Shown: positions 1 to 10,224, numbered from the stretch's first letter. The stretch: 64,000 nt of DNA from Abditibacterium sp. (GCA_965246885.1 OZ251992.1:576001-640000), one strand, 5' to 3'. Notes: a model not told the origin generated them from the sequence alone. Numbers and translations: made by a program.

Positions 1-266
1 GTTTGCGCGACCTGCGCCGTTTGCGCTTTCGAGGGCGCCAGTTGCCGGAAGTCCTCCACTCCCGGTTGCCGCCATACCAGCGCCGCGAGCAAAACCGCTA
101 CAAACACCGCGAGGCCGCCCCACTGCGCGATGGGCTGCGTGTGCGTGCGCCGCCCGCCCGGATGCGCGAGCGCCCCGACCCGCCACGCGAGCGCGCGCAC
201 AAACGGCGTCGTGAGCAGCGCCGCCCCCAACGCGAGCACAAACGCCGCAAGCGGCGAGCCTTTCAT
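1..266 (-). CDS. MraY/WecA/TagO-family undecaprenyl-phosphate sugar-1-P transferase (5' part, runs off window)
   Basis: Manual translation from ATG 266: MKGSPLAAFVLALGAALLTTPFVRALAWRVGALAHPGGRRTHTQPIAQWGGLAVF. This matches the glycosyltransferase-4 N-terminus (P..R..H..P...GG). Not in the ORF track. Confidence 0.8.
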   Translation of the reverse strand, partial: MKGSPLAAFVLALGAALLTTPFVRALAWRVGALAHPGGRRTHTQPIAQWGGLAVFVAVLLAALVWRQPGVEDFRQLAPSKAQTAQVAQ

Positions 267-371
267 ATCGAAAGCCATGAGAACACCAGAAGTGTGACCA
301 ATTCCCAAGGGCGTCACTGCGCTTCTTCCGGCCAAATCCCAACACTCCTCCGCGAAAAACGGAATAATTAA

Positions 372-1451
372 ATGGTCTTTTTCGAGCGCGCCCGCCCCGA
401 CGCGCCCAAAACATCCATGCCGCCAACATCGCACTCCGGGCCACCGCCCATTCCATCGCCGCCCCGCCGCTTGCAACGCCCCGAAGAACGCTTTTCCGCT
501 CCGCCCGAACCCGCCGACGAACTCCCGCCCGTCGCGCCCACCTCAGTTCGAGCGCCCAAGGCAGCGCCCAAGGCAGCCCCCAAACGCCGCCACGAGCGCC
601 GCCACTTCGAGCAACGGCGCCGCGCCGCGCCGCGCCCGACACGCGCCGCGAGCGTGCCCCTACCCGACTTGCCCCCTTCGCCCGCCCTCGAACGGGTGCG
701 CGCCAACCGGCGCCGCGCTTGGAAGCGCGCGGGCGTTGTCGCGGCGGGTTTACTCGCCGTCGGCGCGGGCGCTTGGGCGCTTTCGGCGCCCCAAATGAAC
801 ATCGCGCGCGTCGAAATCACCGGCTTGCATGCCACCATGCCCGCCTTGGTGCGCCCGCTCGCGGCACACTTGCTCGGCCACAACGCCCTGCGCGCCGACC
901 GCAAGGGCGTCGCGCGTGAAGTCGCGGCCTTGACCACCGTCGAATCCGCCCACGTGAGCGTCGCGCCCGCCCTGCCGCCCGTCGCCCGCCTCCATGTAAC
1001 CGAGCGCGTTCCCGTCGCGCGGGTGGGAAGCGGAAATGTATGGTGGGTCGCCGACGCGCGCGGCCTGCCCTATCGCCGCGCCAACTTGCACGACGCCCGC
1101 TTGCCCGCCCTCACGTGGAGCGACGAAATCCAGCCCATGCGCCCGCTTGAGGCGCGCAAGTGGAGCAGTGCTGCGCTTCTCGCACAGGCCATCGCGGGGC
1201 AACACGGCGCTTTGGGCCGCATCCGGCAAATCGAACTCGACGCGAGCGGCGACGCCGCCCTCCAAGTCGCCGCGCCCGATGGCACATCGCAGATCACGCT
1301 CAAGTTAGGCAACGACGAGTGGCCCGCAAAGCTGGCCCGCGCCCGCGTCGCGCTGCTTTACTTCGCCCGCACCAAGCGCGACGCGGGGGAACTCAACCTC
1401 ATTTCCCTGCAACTGCCGCGCTGGACGCCGAGGGCGGCTACCAGCGGTTGA
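372..1451 (+). CDS. ftsQ: Cell division protein FtsQ/DivIB (POTRA domain)
   Basis: Disordered N-tail, one TM, then 'IARVEITG...VESAHVSV..P..ARLHVTERVPVA'; lies upstream of DUF881-sbp-ftsA. Confidence 0.75.
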   Translation: MVFFERARPDAPKTSMPPTSHSGPPPIPSPPRRLQRPEERFSAPPEPADELPPVAPTSVRAPKAAPKAAPKRRHERRHFEQRRRAAPRPTRAASVPLPDLPPSPALERVRANRRRAWKRAGVVAAGLLAVGAGAWALSAPQMNIARVEITGLHATMPALVRPLAAHLLGHNALRADRKGVAREVAALTTVESAHVSVAPALPPVARLHVTERVPVARVGSGNVWWVADARGLPYRRANLHDARLPALTWSDEIQPMRPLEARKWSSAALLAQAIAGQHGALGRIRQIELDASGDAALQVAAPDGTSQITLKLGNDEWPAKLARARVALLYFARTKRDAGELNLISLQLPRWTPRAATSG

Positions 1452-1544
1452 TCCCTCAACTGGGCCGCCGCGCAAAAACAGGGGCAACGCGGCGCGCGCC
1501 ATACGTTCTATTTGTTGGCTGCTCTTGAGTGCGGCTTTTTCTCC

Positions 1545-2399
1545 ATGAACGCCTCGCCTTTGGCTTCTTCTCGCACCGCGCCCGATGCGCCCGCTTTGGC
1601 GACGACGCGGCCCCGCTCCTTGCGCTCTCTGTTGGGCACCATCACCGGCATCTCCTTCGTCTTCGGCGCCCTCGTTGCCGTGCAGGTGCGCTCGATTACC
1701 AATTTGGAAAAGGCCCGCGTTGCCAAAACCCAGACCGACGCCCTGCAAAAGCAGCGCGCCGAGCAACTGCGCCTCGCCGCCGTCAAAGCCGCCCACGAAC
1801 GAGACGCCGCCAACCAAAAGCTCAAGGCCACCCTCGCGTCCATCAAGACCAACGGCGTAGCATCCAGCGCGCAAATCAAGTCGCTCACCGCCCAAATCAA
1901 GACCCTGCAAGCCCAAGCCTGCCTGACCACCGTTGTCGGCCCCGGCCTGCGCATCGTGTTGTCCGACAACCCCCAAGCCGCCCAAAGCGGCGCCAACCCG
2001 TCCCTGCCGCTCCCCGGCTTGGTGCACGACTACGACGTGTTGCAAGTCGTCAACGAACTGCGCGCTGCCAAAGCCGACGCCATCGCCGTGCACGGCGCGG
2101 GCGGCGACCCCATCCGCATCACGTCGGCCACGCCCATTCGCTGCGTCGGCCCGGTCATCTTCATCAACTGGCAAGCCGTCGCCGCGCCGTTCACGGTCGA
2201 GGCCGTCGGCAACGCCAAGACGCTTCAGTCGGCCATCGAAATGCCCGGCGGCATCGTCGAAAACCTGCGCGTGCAAGGCGCCGTCGGTGTCAAAGTCGCG
2301 TCCGCCAGCGACTTGGAACTGCCCCCCGGCGACGTGCCCGGTGGCGCCGCTCCCACCCCCGAAGCTGCCGCTACCCTCACCGACACCAAAGCACCGTGA
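1545..2399 (+). CDS. DUF881 family protein (YlxW/YlxX-like)
   Basis: TM and coiled coil, then 'GPGLRIVLSD', 'LVHDYDVLQVVNELRAAKADAIAV', 'APFTVEAVG'. Confidence 0.85.
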   Translation: MNASPLASSRTAPDAPALATTRPRSLRSLLGTITGISFVFGALVAVQVRSITNLEKARVAKTQTDALQKQRAEQLRLAAVKAAHERDAANQKLKATLASIKTNGVASSAQIKSLTAQIKTLQAQACLTTVVGPGLRIVLSDNPQAAQSGANPSLPLPGLVHDYDVLQVVNELRAAKADAIAVHGAGGDPIRITSATPIRCVGPVIFINWQAVAAPFTVEAVGNAKTLQSAIEMPGGIVENLRVQGAVGVKVASASDLELPPGDVPGGAAPTPEAAATLTDTKAP

Positions 2400-2510
2400 G
2401 GACGCGCTGCCCTGTTTGGAGTGCGCCCGTCAGGGCGTGTTCGCCGGTGAAACGCCCTAATGGGCGCACTCCAAACAGTTGGCCCGTTTCTCAAACTACC
2501 TTCTTCCACC

Positions 2511-2936
2511 ATGTTTCTCCTTCCCTTTGTCGCCCTCGCGCTGGGCTTCGGGCTGTTCTGGGGGTTGGCGGGCGAGATTTCCCCGACCAGCGAAACCTTC
2601 GCTCGCTACGCCGCCATTGCCCTGCTCGCGGGGTTCGATACCGTCTTGGGCGGGGTGCGGGCGTGGCTCATGGACAAGTTCGACGACGCCATCTTTATTT
2701 CCGGGTTTTTCCTCAATGCGCTATTGGCCGTCGGGTTGGTCTTGCTCGGCGAGCGGTTGGGCTTGGAAGCCGGGTTTGGCGAGGGGCGCATCTCGATGAT
2801 GATGATTGGCGCCGTCGTGCTCTTTTCCGGGCGCATCCTGAACAACCTCGCGGCCTTGCGGCGCATCGTTATCGAACGGCTGCGGGCGCGGCGTGGATTG
2901 GGCGCGCAAAGTGCCGCGTTTGTGGCGGCGGAGTAG
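2511..2936 (+). CDS. sbp: Small basic protein (DUF1290)
   Basis: 'YAAIALLAGFDTVLGGVRA...FDDAIFISGFFLNALLA...GERLG...RILNNLAALRR'; synteny with DUF881 and ftsA. Confidence 0.85.
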   Translation: MFLLPFVALALGFGLFWGLAGEISPTSETFARYAAIALLAGFDTVLGGVRAWLMDKFDDAIFISGFFLNALLAVGLVLLGERLGLEAGFGEGRISMMMIGAVVLFSGRILNNLAALRRIVIERLRARRGLGAQSAAFVAAE

Positions 2937-3008
2937 GGCCATCAAGCGGCGCGGGCGCTTGCGATAAAATGAAAGGGTAGCCGCACTCACTTGTTCTCCC
3001 GTTCCTCC

Positions 3009-4676
3009 ATGTCGCCGCCCTTCTCCCCGCCTTCTGTTGTCGTTGGCCTTGACATCGGCACCACCAAAATCTGCGCCTTGGTGGCGGGCGAGGGCGAAGT
3101 GGGCGCCGAGGGAGCGCCGCACGACCACTCCATGCGCGTCTTGGGCGTGGGCATTGTCCCCTCGATAGGCGTGCGGCGCGGCGTCGTCGTGGACGTGCCC
3201 GATACGGTCGAGGCCATCAAAGAAGCCGTCGCGCGCGCGGCGCACATGGCGGGCGTCGAAATCGAGGGCGTTGTCGCGGGCGTGACGGGCGACCACATCA
3301 CTTCCCAAACCTGCACCGGCAGCGTCACCGTCGCTTCGCGCGGCAACCAAGTCTCCGCTTTCGATGTGGACAGGGCGCTCTCGGCGGCCTTGTTGGAAGT
3401 CGGGCGCGACCGCGAGATCATCCATTCCCTGCCCAAAGCGTGGAGCGTGGACGAGGAGCGCGACATCAAGAAGCCGTTGGGCATGGTCGGCACGCGCTTG
3501 GAAGTTGAAACCCACGTCATCACCGGCCAAAGCGCCATCCTGCGCAACACCCTGAGTTGTTTGGGCGGGGCCGGGGTGCGCGCCGACGCCCTCATGCTGG
3601 AGCCGCTCGCTTCCGCCGAAGCCATCACCACCCGCGCCGAGCGCGAAATGGGCGCCTTGGTGCTCGACATCGGCGGCGGCACGACCGATATGGCGGTGTA
3701 TCACGAAGGCTCCATCGTCTTTGTCGCGGCGCTTCCCGTCGGGGGCAACCACGTTACCCGCGACGTGAGCATCGGGCTGTCCACGCCCTTCGAGTTCGCC
3801 GAAAAGCTCAAAGTCGGGTCGGGCGCCGCCACGCGCGACATGATTCCGCACGGCGAAGCGCTCGAAGTCTTCTCGGCGGGCGGCGCCGCGCGCTTGCGCA
3901 TCCCGCGCGCGCTTCTGGGCGAAATCATCGAAGCCCGCATGCGGGAACTGTTCGAGCTTTGCCTCGCCCTCGCCACCCAAAACGGCTTGACTGGCTTGGT
4001 CGCCGGCGGCGTCGTGTTGTCGGGCGGGGGCGCCTTATTGCCGGGCAGCGTGGAGTTGGCCGAGGAGATTTTCGGCTTGCCCGCGCGCTTGGGCGTGCCG
4101 GAAGGATTGAGCGGTTGGAGCGAGGCCGTCTCATCGCCGCAGTTCTCGACGGCGGTGGGGTTGTGCCGCGTCGCGCTCGCCCAAAAGCGCGAAGTGCGCC
4201 CTAAAGCGGGCGCGCCCGTCGCACTTCCCGGTGCGCGGCGCGTGTGGGGCTTGCTCGCGCCCGGTTTGGTCATGGCGCGGCCCCAACAAGCGGGCGCCAT
4301 CCCCGCCGTTCCCGAAGAAGCCGTTCCCGACAAAGCCAAAGCCTCCGCCAAGCCCATCGCGCGCGAAGAGTTCCCCGCCCAGATGCGCTTCTCGCCCCCG
4401 CCCACCCCCGACGCTTCCGAAACTCCGGTCGTCGCGCCCGACGCCAATCTCAACGGCGCCGCCCCGCCCGTCCCCGCGCCCGCCGAGGACGACCCGCTCG
4501 TGCCACGCACCCGCTTCCGCAACATTCTGGGCCGCACCGCCACACCGACCGCCGCCACACCGACCGCCGCCACACCGACCGCCGCCACACCGACCGCCGC
4601 CACACCGACCGCCGCCCCGCCCCTTTCGCGCTGGCAACGGTTCCTCAAGTTCGTCGGCTTTGGCGAAGAGGAATAA
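3009..4676 (+). CDS. ftsA: Cell division protein FtsA with long Pro/Ala-rich C-terminal linker
   Basis: 'VGLDIGTTKI', 'VLDIGGGTTD', 'GVVLSGGGALLPG', 'PQFSTAVGL'; terminal amphipathic helix RWQRFLKFVGF. Confidence 0.95.
   Translation: MSPPFSPPSVVVGLDIGTTKICALVAGEGEVGAEGAPHDHSMRVLGVGIVPSIGVRRGVVVDVPDTVEAIKEAVARAAHMAGVEIEGVVAGVTGDHITSQTCTGSVTVASRGNQVSAFDVDRALSAALLEVGRDREIIHSLPKAWSVDEERDIKKPLGMVGTRLEVETHVITGQSAILRNTLSCLGGAGVRADALMLEPLASAEAITTRAEREMGALVLDIGGGTTDMAVYHEGSIVFVAALPVGGNHVTRDVSIGLSTPFEFAEKLKVGSGAATRDMIPHGEALEVFSAGGAARLRIPRALLGEIIEARMRELFELCLALATQNGLTGLVAGGVVLSGGGALLPGSVELAEEIFGLPARLGVPEGLSGWSEAVSSPQFSTAVGLCRVALAQKREVRPKAGAPVALPGARRVWGLLAPGLVMARPQQAGAIPAVPEEAVPDKAKASAKPIAREEFPAQMRFSPPPTPDASETPVVAPDANLNGAAPPVPAPAEDDPLVPRTRFRNILGRTATPTAATPTAATPTAATPTAATPTAAPPLSRWQRFLKFVGFGEEE
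4539..4613 (+). repeat. 15-bp in-frame tandem repeat x5 (ATPTA) in ftsA linker
   Basis: GCCACACCGACCGCC repeated five times. Confidence 0.95.
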
Positions 4677-4727
4677 AGTGGTGCCGCCATCGCGCCGCGC
4701 ACGGCAAACTCTCTCCGCTCGCTTCCC

Positions 4728-6083
4728 ATGATTTCCCCCGCCGAACTCGCTCCGCCTTTTGCGCCGCTTCCGGTGCGCGCGCGCGGCACACTCGAAATCT
4801 TCGATACCGCCTTCAAACTCTTCCGCCGCTACGCCAAAGTCTTGCTGGCGTGGTCGGCCATCGCGGGGATAATCAACATCGTTCCCATCGTGGGCATCTT
4901 CGGCTTTATCCTCACCATGCCCCTTGTCTACGGCTCCGTTTCGTGCGCCGTCGCGGGCGCAGTGCGCGGCCAAGACATCACCTTCAAGCAAGTGTGGGGC
5001 TTCACCAAGCCGCGCTACGGCGCGCTTTTGGGCGTGCTCATCCTCGCGCTTATCCTGCTGTCCATCGTGAGCTTTGCCGTCTTGCTTGTCGGGACGTTGG
5101 GCTTCGGCTTGGTCGTGGCGGGCGCGTCGAACTACGGGACTGCGGCCCAAGTCGTCGCCACCATCGTCGTCGGACTCGCTTCGCTGGTCGGCGGCTCGCT
5201 CCTGCTGGCCGTCGTGATGGGCTGGTTCAACCTCGCCCCCGTCATCGCCTGCCTCGAAGACGGCAATCGCGGCTCGAACGCTCTGTCGCGCGCGTGGATG
5301 CTGCTCAGCGGCAACTGGCGCAAAGCGAGCGCGGTCGCCACCATCCTCGCCCTTGCGGGCACCGCCGCGATGCTCGTTGTTTTCAGCTGCGTGATGTTTT
5401 TCTTTTACGGCGGCTGGGACAAGATGCTCGGCGCGAGCACCGACTGGGCGTCGGGCCTCGCGCTGTCGGGCATCAGCGCGCTCTTTTTCATCGCGTGGGC
5501 GCCGCTTCAAGCGATCATCGGCGCCGTGTTTTACCTCGACCTGCGCACGCGCAAAGAAGCGCTCGACCTCGAATGGACGAACTACGCCGCCAAGCCCGAA
5601 ACCCTGCCCGTTCCCGTCCAAGCCGCGCCGCCCCCGCAACCTCAACTTCCGATGGCCCCCTCCCCGGCCCCGGTGGGAGGAGCGGCGCCATCCGCCGCGC
5701 CGATGCCGCCGCCCCCGCCGCTTTTCGCGGCGTCCGTCGCGCCGTCGCCGCCGTCTGTGACGCTCCCGCCGCCGTCTGTCGCGCCGTCGCCGCCGTCTGT
5801 CGCGCCGTCGCCGCCGTCTGTCATCGCTCCGCAGACCTTCAATGAGGTGTCCCCGCCGCCCGTCATCGCCCCGATGTCGCCCGTCATCGCCCCGCCGCCT
5901 CCCCTCGAAGCGCCGCCGCTCAGCGCGCTCGACCGGTTCGCCGCCGAAGTTGAAGCTGCGCGCGAGTCCTCCCCGGCGCCCGCGCCGACCGCGACTTCAT
6001 CCTTCGCACCGCCGCGTTTCCGGCGCGAGCGCACAAGTGACGAAAAAGCCGACCCGTCGTCGTTCGGGGGTGGCGCGCGATGA
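4728..6083 (+). CDS. Multi-pass membrane protein of the MoxR-operon type, Pro-rich C-tail
   Basis: 'EIFDTAFKLFRR', 'ALSRAWMLLSGNW', 'FYLDLRTRKEALDL'; ATGA overlap with next gene. Confidence 0.75.
   Translation: MISPAELAPPFAPLPVRARGTLEIFDTAFKLFRRYAKVLLAWSAIAGIINIVPIVGIFGFILTMPLVYGSVSCAVAGAVRGQDITFKQVWGFTKPRYGALLGVLILALILLSIVSFAVLLVGTLGFGLVVAGASNYGTAAQVVATIVVGLASLVGGSLLLAVVMGWFNLAPVIACLEDGNRGSNALSRAWMLLSGNWRKASAVATILALAGTAAMLVVFSCVMFFFYGGWDKMLGASTDWASGLALSGISALFFIAWAPLQAIIGAVFYLDLRTRKEALDLEWTNYAAKPETLPVPVQAAPPPQPQLPMAPSPAPVGGAAPSAAPMPPPPPLFAASVAPSPPSVTLPPPSVAPSPPSVAPSPPSVIAPQTFNEVSPPPVIAPMSPVIAPPPPLEAPPLSALDRFAAEVEAARESSPAPAPTATSSFAPPRFRRERTSDEKADPSSFGGGAR
5729..5830 (+). repeat. 21-nt-period repeat encoding PPSVAPS heptads
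   Basis: GTCTGT core at 5753, 5774, 5795, 5816. Confidence 0.85.
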
Positions 6084-7192
6084 AACGGCTCTGGCTGGCG
6101 CTCGTGTTGCTCGTGGCGGGCGAGGCGGCGCGCGCGCAGGTTAAGTTGCCCGCCACTAAGCCTTCGGCGGTGAGTAAGACCATCTCCGCCGCCGCTTACC
6201 GCGCGCTATTGCAGGGGGCGCTGGATAAAATCACCGCCGTCGAGAAGCGCCCGCCCACCGACGTGCGGCCCGCGCTTCGCCCGCTCGATGCGCCGTTTAC
6301 CGTCACGCGCCCCGATGGGCAAAGCCAAAGCACGCGCGGCGACGAATGGAACCAACTGTTATCGAACGGAAGCGGAAAGAGCGCCGCCAAGCTGGGCCGC
6401 GATGAAACGAGCGCGCTCAAGAGTTCCCTCGCCAGCCGCTTGCAAGCCCTCGACGCGTGGACGAGGAAGGACGCGAACGGCCACTACTACGCCGCTTTCG
6501 ACGCGCAGAAAGTCGTGGACGAGGCGGTGTCGTCCGGGCAAATCCGCGTCGGGCCGCCGCCCTTGCAGAAGTGGCTCGGCGACGTCCAAACCGCCATCGG
6601 CGACGCCATTGACCGCTTCTTCAAGTGGCTGGGAAGCCTGATGCCCAAGTCGAAGGCGCCCCCGCCGCCATCGGCCAAGTTGCCCGACTTGTCGTGGCTG
6701 TGGTTCCTTTTCTGGGCGCTGATGGTGAGTCTGCTCGGCGTGTTGCTCTTTTTGGCGGCGCGCGCGCTGTCGGGCGGCTCCTTCACGCTGTGGGGCATCG
6801 GGCGGCGCCGCCCCAAGGAAGCGGAACTGCGCGACGAAGACGCGGCCCTATTCCAAATGGCGCCGGAGGAACTGCGCGACCGCGCTGACCAATTCGCTTC
6901 TCAAGGCAACTTCCGCGAGGCGCTCCGGCACCGCTTTATCTCGCTACTGGTCTTGCTCGACGCGCAAGGCACGTGGCGCTACGACATCCGCCGCACCAAC
7001 TGGGAGCACATCGCCCTCTTGCGCCGCGAGGAGAGTAAGCGCCCGCTCGTCGCGCCGCTCACCGACTTGACGCGCGCCTTTGACCGCGTGCGCTATGGCG
7101 GCGCGCCCTGCGACGAGGAAGGCTGGAACGGCTTCCAAGCGGGCGTGCGCGAAGTCGAATCTCAAGTCGGAGGCCGCGCCGTCGCGCGCTAA
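6080..7192 (+). CDS. DUF4129 domain protein
   Basis: Signal peptide, TM, C-terminal 'GNFREALRHRF...RTNWEH...LTRAFDRVRYGG'. Confidence 0.85.
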   Translation: MKRLWLALVLLVAGEAARAQVKLPATKPSAVSKTISAAAYRALLQGALDKITAVEKRPPTDVRPALRPLDAPFTVTRPDGQSQSTRGDEWNQLLSNGSGKSAAKLGRDETSALKSSLASRLQALDAWTRKDANGHYYAAFDAQKVVDEAVSSGQIRVGPPPLQKWLGDVQTAIGDAIDRFFKWLGSLMPKSKAPPPPSAKLPDLSWLWFLFWALMVSLLGVLLFLAARALSGGSFTLWGIGRRRPKEAELRDEDAALFQMAPEELRDRADQFASQGNFREALRHRFISLLVLLDAQGTWRYDIRRTNWEHIALLRREESKRPLVAPLTDLTRAFDRVRYGGAPCDEEGWNGFQAGVREVESQVGGRAVAR

Positions 7193-7198
7193 GACACC

Positions 7199-8440
7199 AT
7201 GAAACGCATCAACCGCACGCGCCTTTTCGTCGGCCTGCTCATCGCCTTGGTGGTTGGCATCGCCTTCGTCGCGGCGCGCCACGAGGGGGGCGACCCCTCG
7301 CCGCCCGTGCACCCGCGCGACGCTTCGCCCGAAGGCGGACGCGCGCTTGCGCTCGTGTTGGAACGGATGGGCTACACCGTCCAAACCCAAGCCGCGCCGC
7401 TCCAGCAAATGCCCTCCGACGCGCGGGTCTGGCTGCTGCTTGATTCCGGCACGACCTTCTCGGACAAAGAAGCCGACGCGCTACTTGAGTGGGTGCGCAA
7501 GGGCGGAACGCTCCTGTGGGTGCCGCCTTCTTATTCTTACTCGGTCACGAGCGGCTCAACCGCGCGCCCCGGCGCGGACGTCCTCAAGGGGAAACTGGGC
7601 ATCTCGACGGGCGGGCAACCCAACTTCGACGCCAACGGCTTGCCGCGCATGACTCCCGTCACCCTCGACGCCGTCGCCCGCTACCGCACCGGCGTTAAAA
7701 CCGCGTCCTCGTCGGGCGCAAGCGCGGCGGCGGCGGGGTTCAACGACCGCGAAGCGGATGGGACGGTGCGCGGCGCCTTGCAAGTCACCGGCGACGGCGC
7801 CATCCTCCGACTGGACGAAGGGAGCGGCCACGTCTTCGTCTTTCCCGACGCATGGATGCTCTCCAACTTCGGTATGGCCCAGCCCTCTAACGCCACGCTC
7901 ATCGCCAACCTCATTCGCGCCGACACTCTCGGCGCAAGCGGCGCAAACGGCGGCGCGGTCTACTTCGATGAGCGCCGCCACGACAACACGCTCGCCCCGC
8001 CCGCGCCCGACGATTGGCCCGCGCGGTTGCGGCAAAGACCGGTCGTGTTCGCGTTATGGCAACTGCTGGTCGTCGGACTCGGCACCCTTGCCCTTGTCGG
8101 GAGGCGCTTGGGGGCGCCGGTCGCGCTGCCGTCGAGCGCGCCCGTGACCCGCGCGTCCGGCTTCGCGCGGGCGATGGGCGGCCTCTTGCTCAAAGCCGCG
8201 CGCCCCAAAGCGGCGGCGCAAATCATCGGCGAGTCGTTCCGCGCGCGCTTGGCACGGCGCATCGGCCTCTCGCCCCGCGATTCGGACGACGTGCTGGCCG
8301 GACGCGCCGCCGAAATCTCCGGCCTCGACCGCGACCTGCTCGCGCGCGCCCTCATCAACTCGCGTGCCCCCGCAACCGACGAGACGAACGCCCTGCGCGA
8401 CGCGCAGCAAATGGAACGCATCCTCGAAAGATTGGGATAG
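7199..8440 (+). CDS. DUF4350 domain protein
   Basis: 'PEGGRALALVLERMG', 'LLEWVRKGGTLL', 'VYFDERRH', 'RRLGAPV'; between DUF4129 and MoxR. Confidence 0.85.
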   Translation: MKRINRTRLFVGLLIALVVGIAFVAARHEGGDPSPPVHPRDASPEGGRALALVLERMGYTVQTQAAPLQQMPSDARVWLLLDSGTTFSDKEADALLEWVRKGGTLLWVPPSYSYSVTSGSTARPGADVLKGKLGISTGGQPNFDANGLPRMTPVTLDAVARYRTGVKTASSSGASAAAAGFNDREADGTVRGALQVTGDGAILRLDEGSGHVFVFPDAWMLSNFGMAQPSNATLIANLIRADTLGASGANGGAVYFDERRHDNTLAPPAPDDWPARLRQRPVVFALWQLLVVGLGTLALVGRRLGAPVALPSSAPVTRASGFARAMGGLLLKAARPKAAAQIIGESFRARLARRIGLSPRDSDDVLAGRAAEISGLDRDLLARALINSRAPATDETNALRDAQQMERILERLG

Positions 8441-8461
8441 AATACAAGCGCCCTTTTTACC

Positions 8462-9439
8462 ATGACCTCCGAAATTCAAGCGGGCGCGACTGCCCCGGTT
8501 CAACGCCTCATCGAAGCGGTGCGCGAGGAAGCCGCCAAAGCCGTCGTCGGGCAAGACGAACTCATCGGGCAGTTCCTTATCGCCTTCCTCGTTGGCGGGC
8601 ACGTCTTGCTCGAAGGCGTTCCCGGCGTGGCGAAGACGCTTTCCAGCCGCACCCTCGCGCACACCCTGTCGGCGACCTTCAAGCGCATCCAGTTCACGCC
8701 CGACCTCATGCCTTCCGACGTGACCGGCACGAGCGTCTTCGACGCCCGTAGCGGGGATTTTACGCTTAAAAAAGGCCCCATCTTCACCGACATCCTGCTC
8801 GCCGACGAAATCAACCGCACCCCGCCCAAAACCCAAGCCGCGCTCCTCGAAGCCATGCAGGAAAAGCGCGTCACCATTGATGGCGTCGGCCACGAACTGT
8901 CGCCGCTTTTCACCGTCTTAGCGACGCAAAACCCCGTTGACTACGAGGGCACCTACCCCCTCCCGGAAGCCCAAGTTGACCGCTTCGTGATGAAGGTTTT
9001 GGTGACGTACCCGCGCCCCGACGAAGAAATGGCCCTCTTGGAGCGCGTCCATGCCGGGTTCAATTCGCACGACTTGGAGCAAGCGGGCGTGCGTGCCGTC
9101 GCTTCGCCCGAAGACCTGATGGCCGCGCGCGCCGCCGTGCGCGCCGTCAAGGTCAGCGAAGGCATGATCCGCTACATCTTCTCCTTGGTCGAGCGCACCC
9201 GCACCCTCGCTACACTTACTCTGGGCGCGTCGCCCAGAGCGGGCATCGCCCTTTTGGAGTGCGCCAAGGCGCTCGCTGCCATGAACGGGCGCGACTACAT
9301 CATCCCCGAAGACGTCAAAACCGTCGCTTTTCCCGTCCTGCGCCACCGCTTGTTACTCCGTGCCGAAAGCGAGATGGAGGGCCTCAAGTCCGACGACATC
9401 ATCCGCTCCATTCTGGCCTCGGTCGAAGTGCCGCGCTAA
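8462..9439 (+). CDS. moxR: MoxR family AAA+ ATPase
   Basis: '[14 protein letters not shown]', '[12 protein letters not shown]', '[20 protein letters not shown]', '[14 protein letters not shown]'. Confidence 0.95.
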   Translation: MTSEIQAGATAPVQRLIEAVREEAAKAVVGQDELIGQFLIAFLVGGHVLLEGVPGVAKTLSSRTLAHTLSATFKRIQFTPDLMPSDVTGTSVFDARSGDFTLKKGPIFTDILLADEINRTPPKTQAALLEAMQEKRVTIDGVGHELSPLFTVLATQNPVDYEGTYPLPEAQVDRFVMKVLVTYPRPDEEMALLERVHAGFNSHDLEQAGVRAVASPEDLMAARAAVRAVKVSEGMIRYIFSLVERTRTLATLTLGASPRAGIALLECAKALAAMNGRDYIIPEDVKTVAFPVLRHRLLLRAESEMEGLKSDDIIRSILASVEVPR

Positions 9440-10212
9440 AACGCCCGCAATACCCACAGCGCCGCGCATGCCGCGAACAGGAGGGAATCGAACCTGTCCA
9501 GCACCCCGCCGTGACCGGGCAGCAGACTCCCCAAGTCCTTCACCCCCAGTTCGCGCTTGACGAACGACTCGAACAAATCGCCCAAAGGCGCCGCGATGCC
9601 CACGACGGCGCCCAGTAGCAAGGCGCGCGAGGGCGGCAGATGCAAGAAGTGCGCGAGTAGGGGAGCCGCGAAGGTCGTGGCCAGCAGGCCGAACGTGAAC
9701 CCTTCGCGCGTTTTCTTGGGGGATAGAGGCGAGAGCGGATGTTTGCCAAAGCGCTTGCCGCCGTAATACGCGAGCGTATCGCCCGTCCACACCAGAAGCA
9801 GCACCAGCCAGAACCATTTTCCCGCGCCTAATTCGCGTAGCTTCGGCAAGAGCGCGAACAGGGCCGCGTACAGCGTGCCAAACAGCGTGGACTGCACCGC
9901 CGCGAGGGATAAACGCGGCCCCTGCGCCGCGCCTCCCAACACCACCGCCGCGACGCCAATGGCCGTCACAACGCTTGCCACCCACGCCCCCGATAACCCG
10001 AACGCCACCGCCCATGCCACAGCCGGAAACGCAACCGGCGCGAAGACCGGCGCCGCGCCTTCCTTGCTTGATGCCGCCTGCAATTCGCGGGTCGCAAGTA
10101 GCGCCAGCACCAAACAAAACCCGCGAAACCACCACCCGCCCGCCGCGACGACGAGCAACACAAGCGGAATCCCCGCCACCGCCGTCCACACGCGCGCTTC
10201 AATTTTGTTCAT
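9436..10212 (-). CDS. cdsA: Phosphatidate cytidylyltransferase
   Basis: 'DTLAYYGG', 'LSPKKTREG', 'GDLFESFVKRELGVKDLGSLLPGHGGVLDRFDS'. Confidence 0.95.
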   Translation of the reverse strand: MNKIEARVWTAVAGIPLVLLVVAAGGWWFRGFCLVLALLATRELQAASSKEGAAPVFAPVAFPAVAWAVAFGLSGAWVASVVTAIGVAAVVLGGAAQGPRLSLAAVQSTLFGTLYAALFALLPKLRELGAGKWFWLVLLLVWTGDTLAYYGGKRFGKHPLSPLSPKKTREGFTFGLLATTFAAPLLAHFLHLPPSRALLLGAVVGIAAPLGDLFESFVKRELGVKDLGSLLPGHGGVLDRFDSLLFAACAALWVLRAF

Positions 10213-10224
10213 AGCCTGATTCGC

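Noticed and set aside
3..371. Plus-strand 122-aa ORF
   Set aside because: Arg-rich shadow of the minus-strand WecA-like gene.
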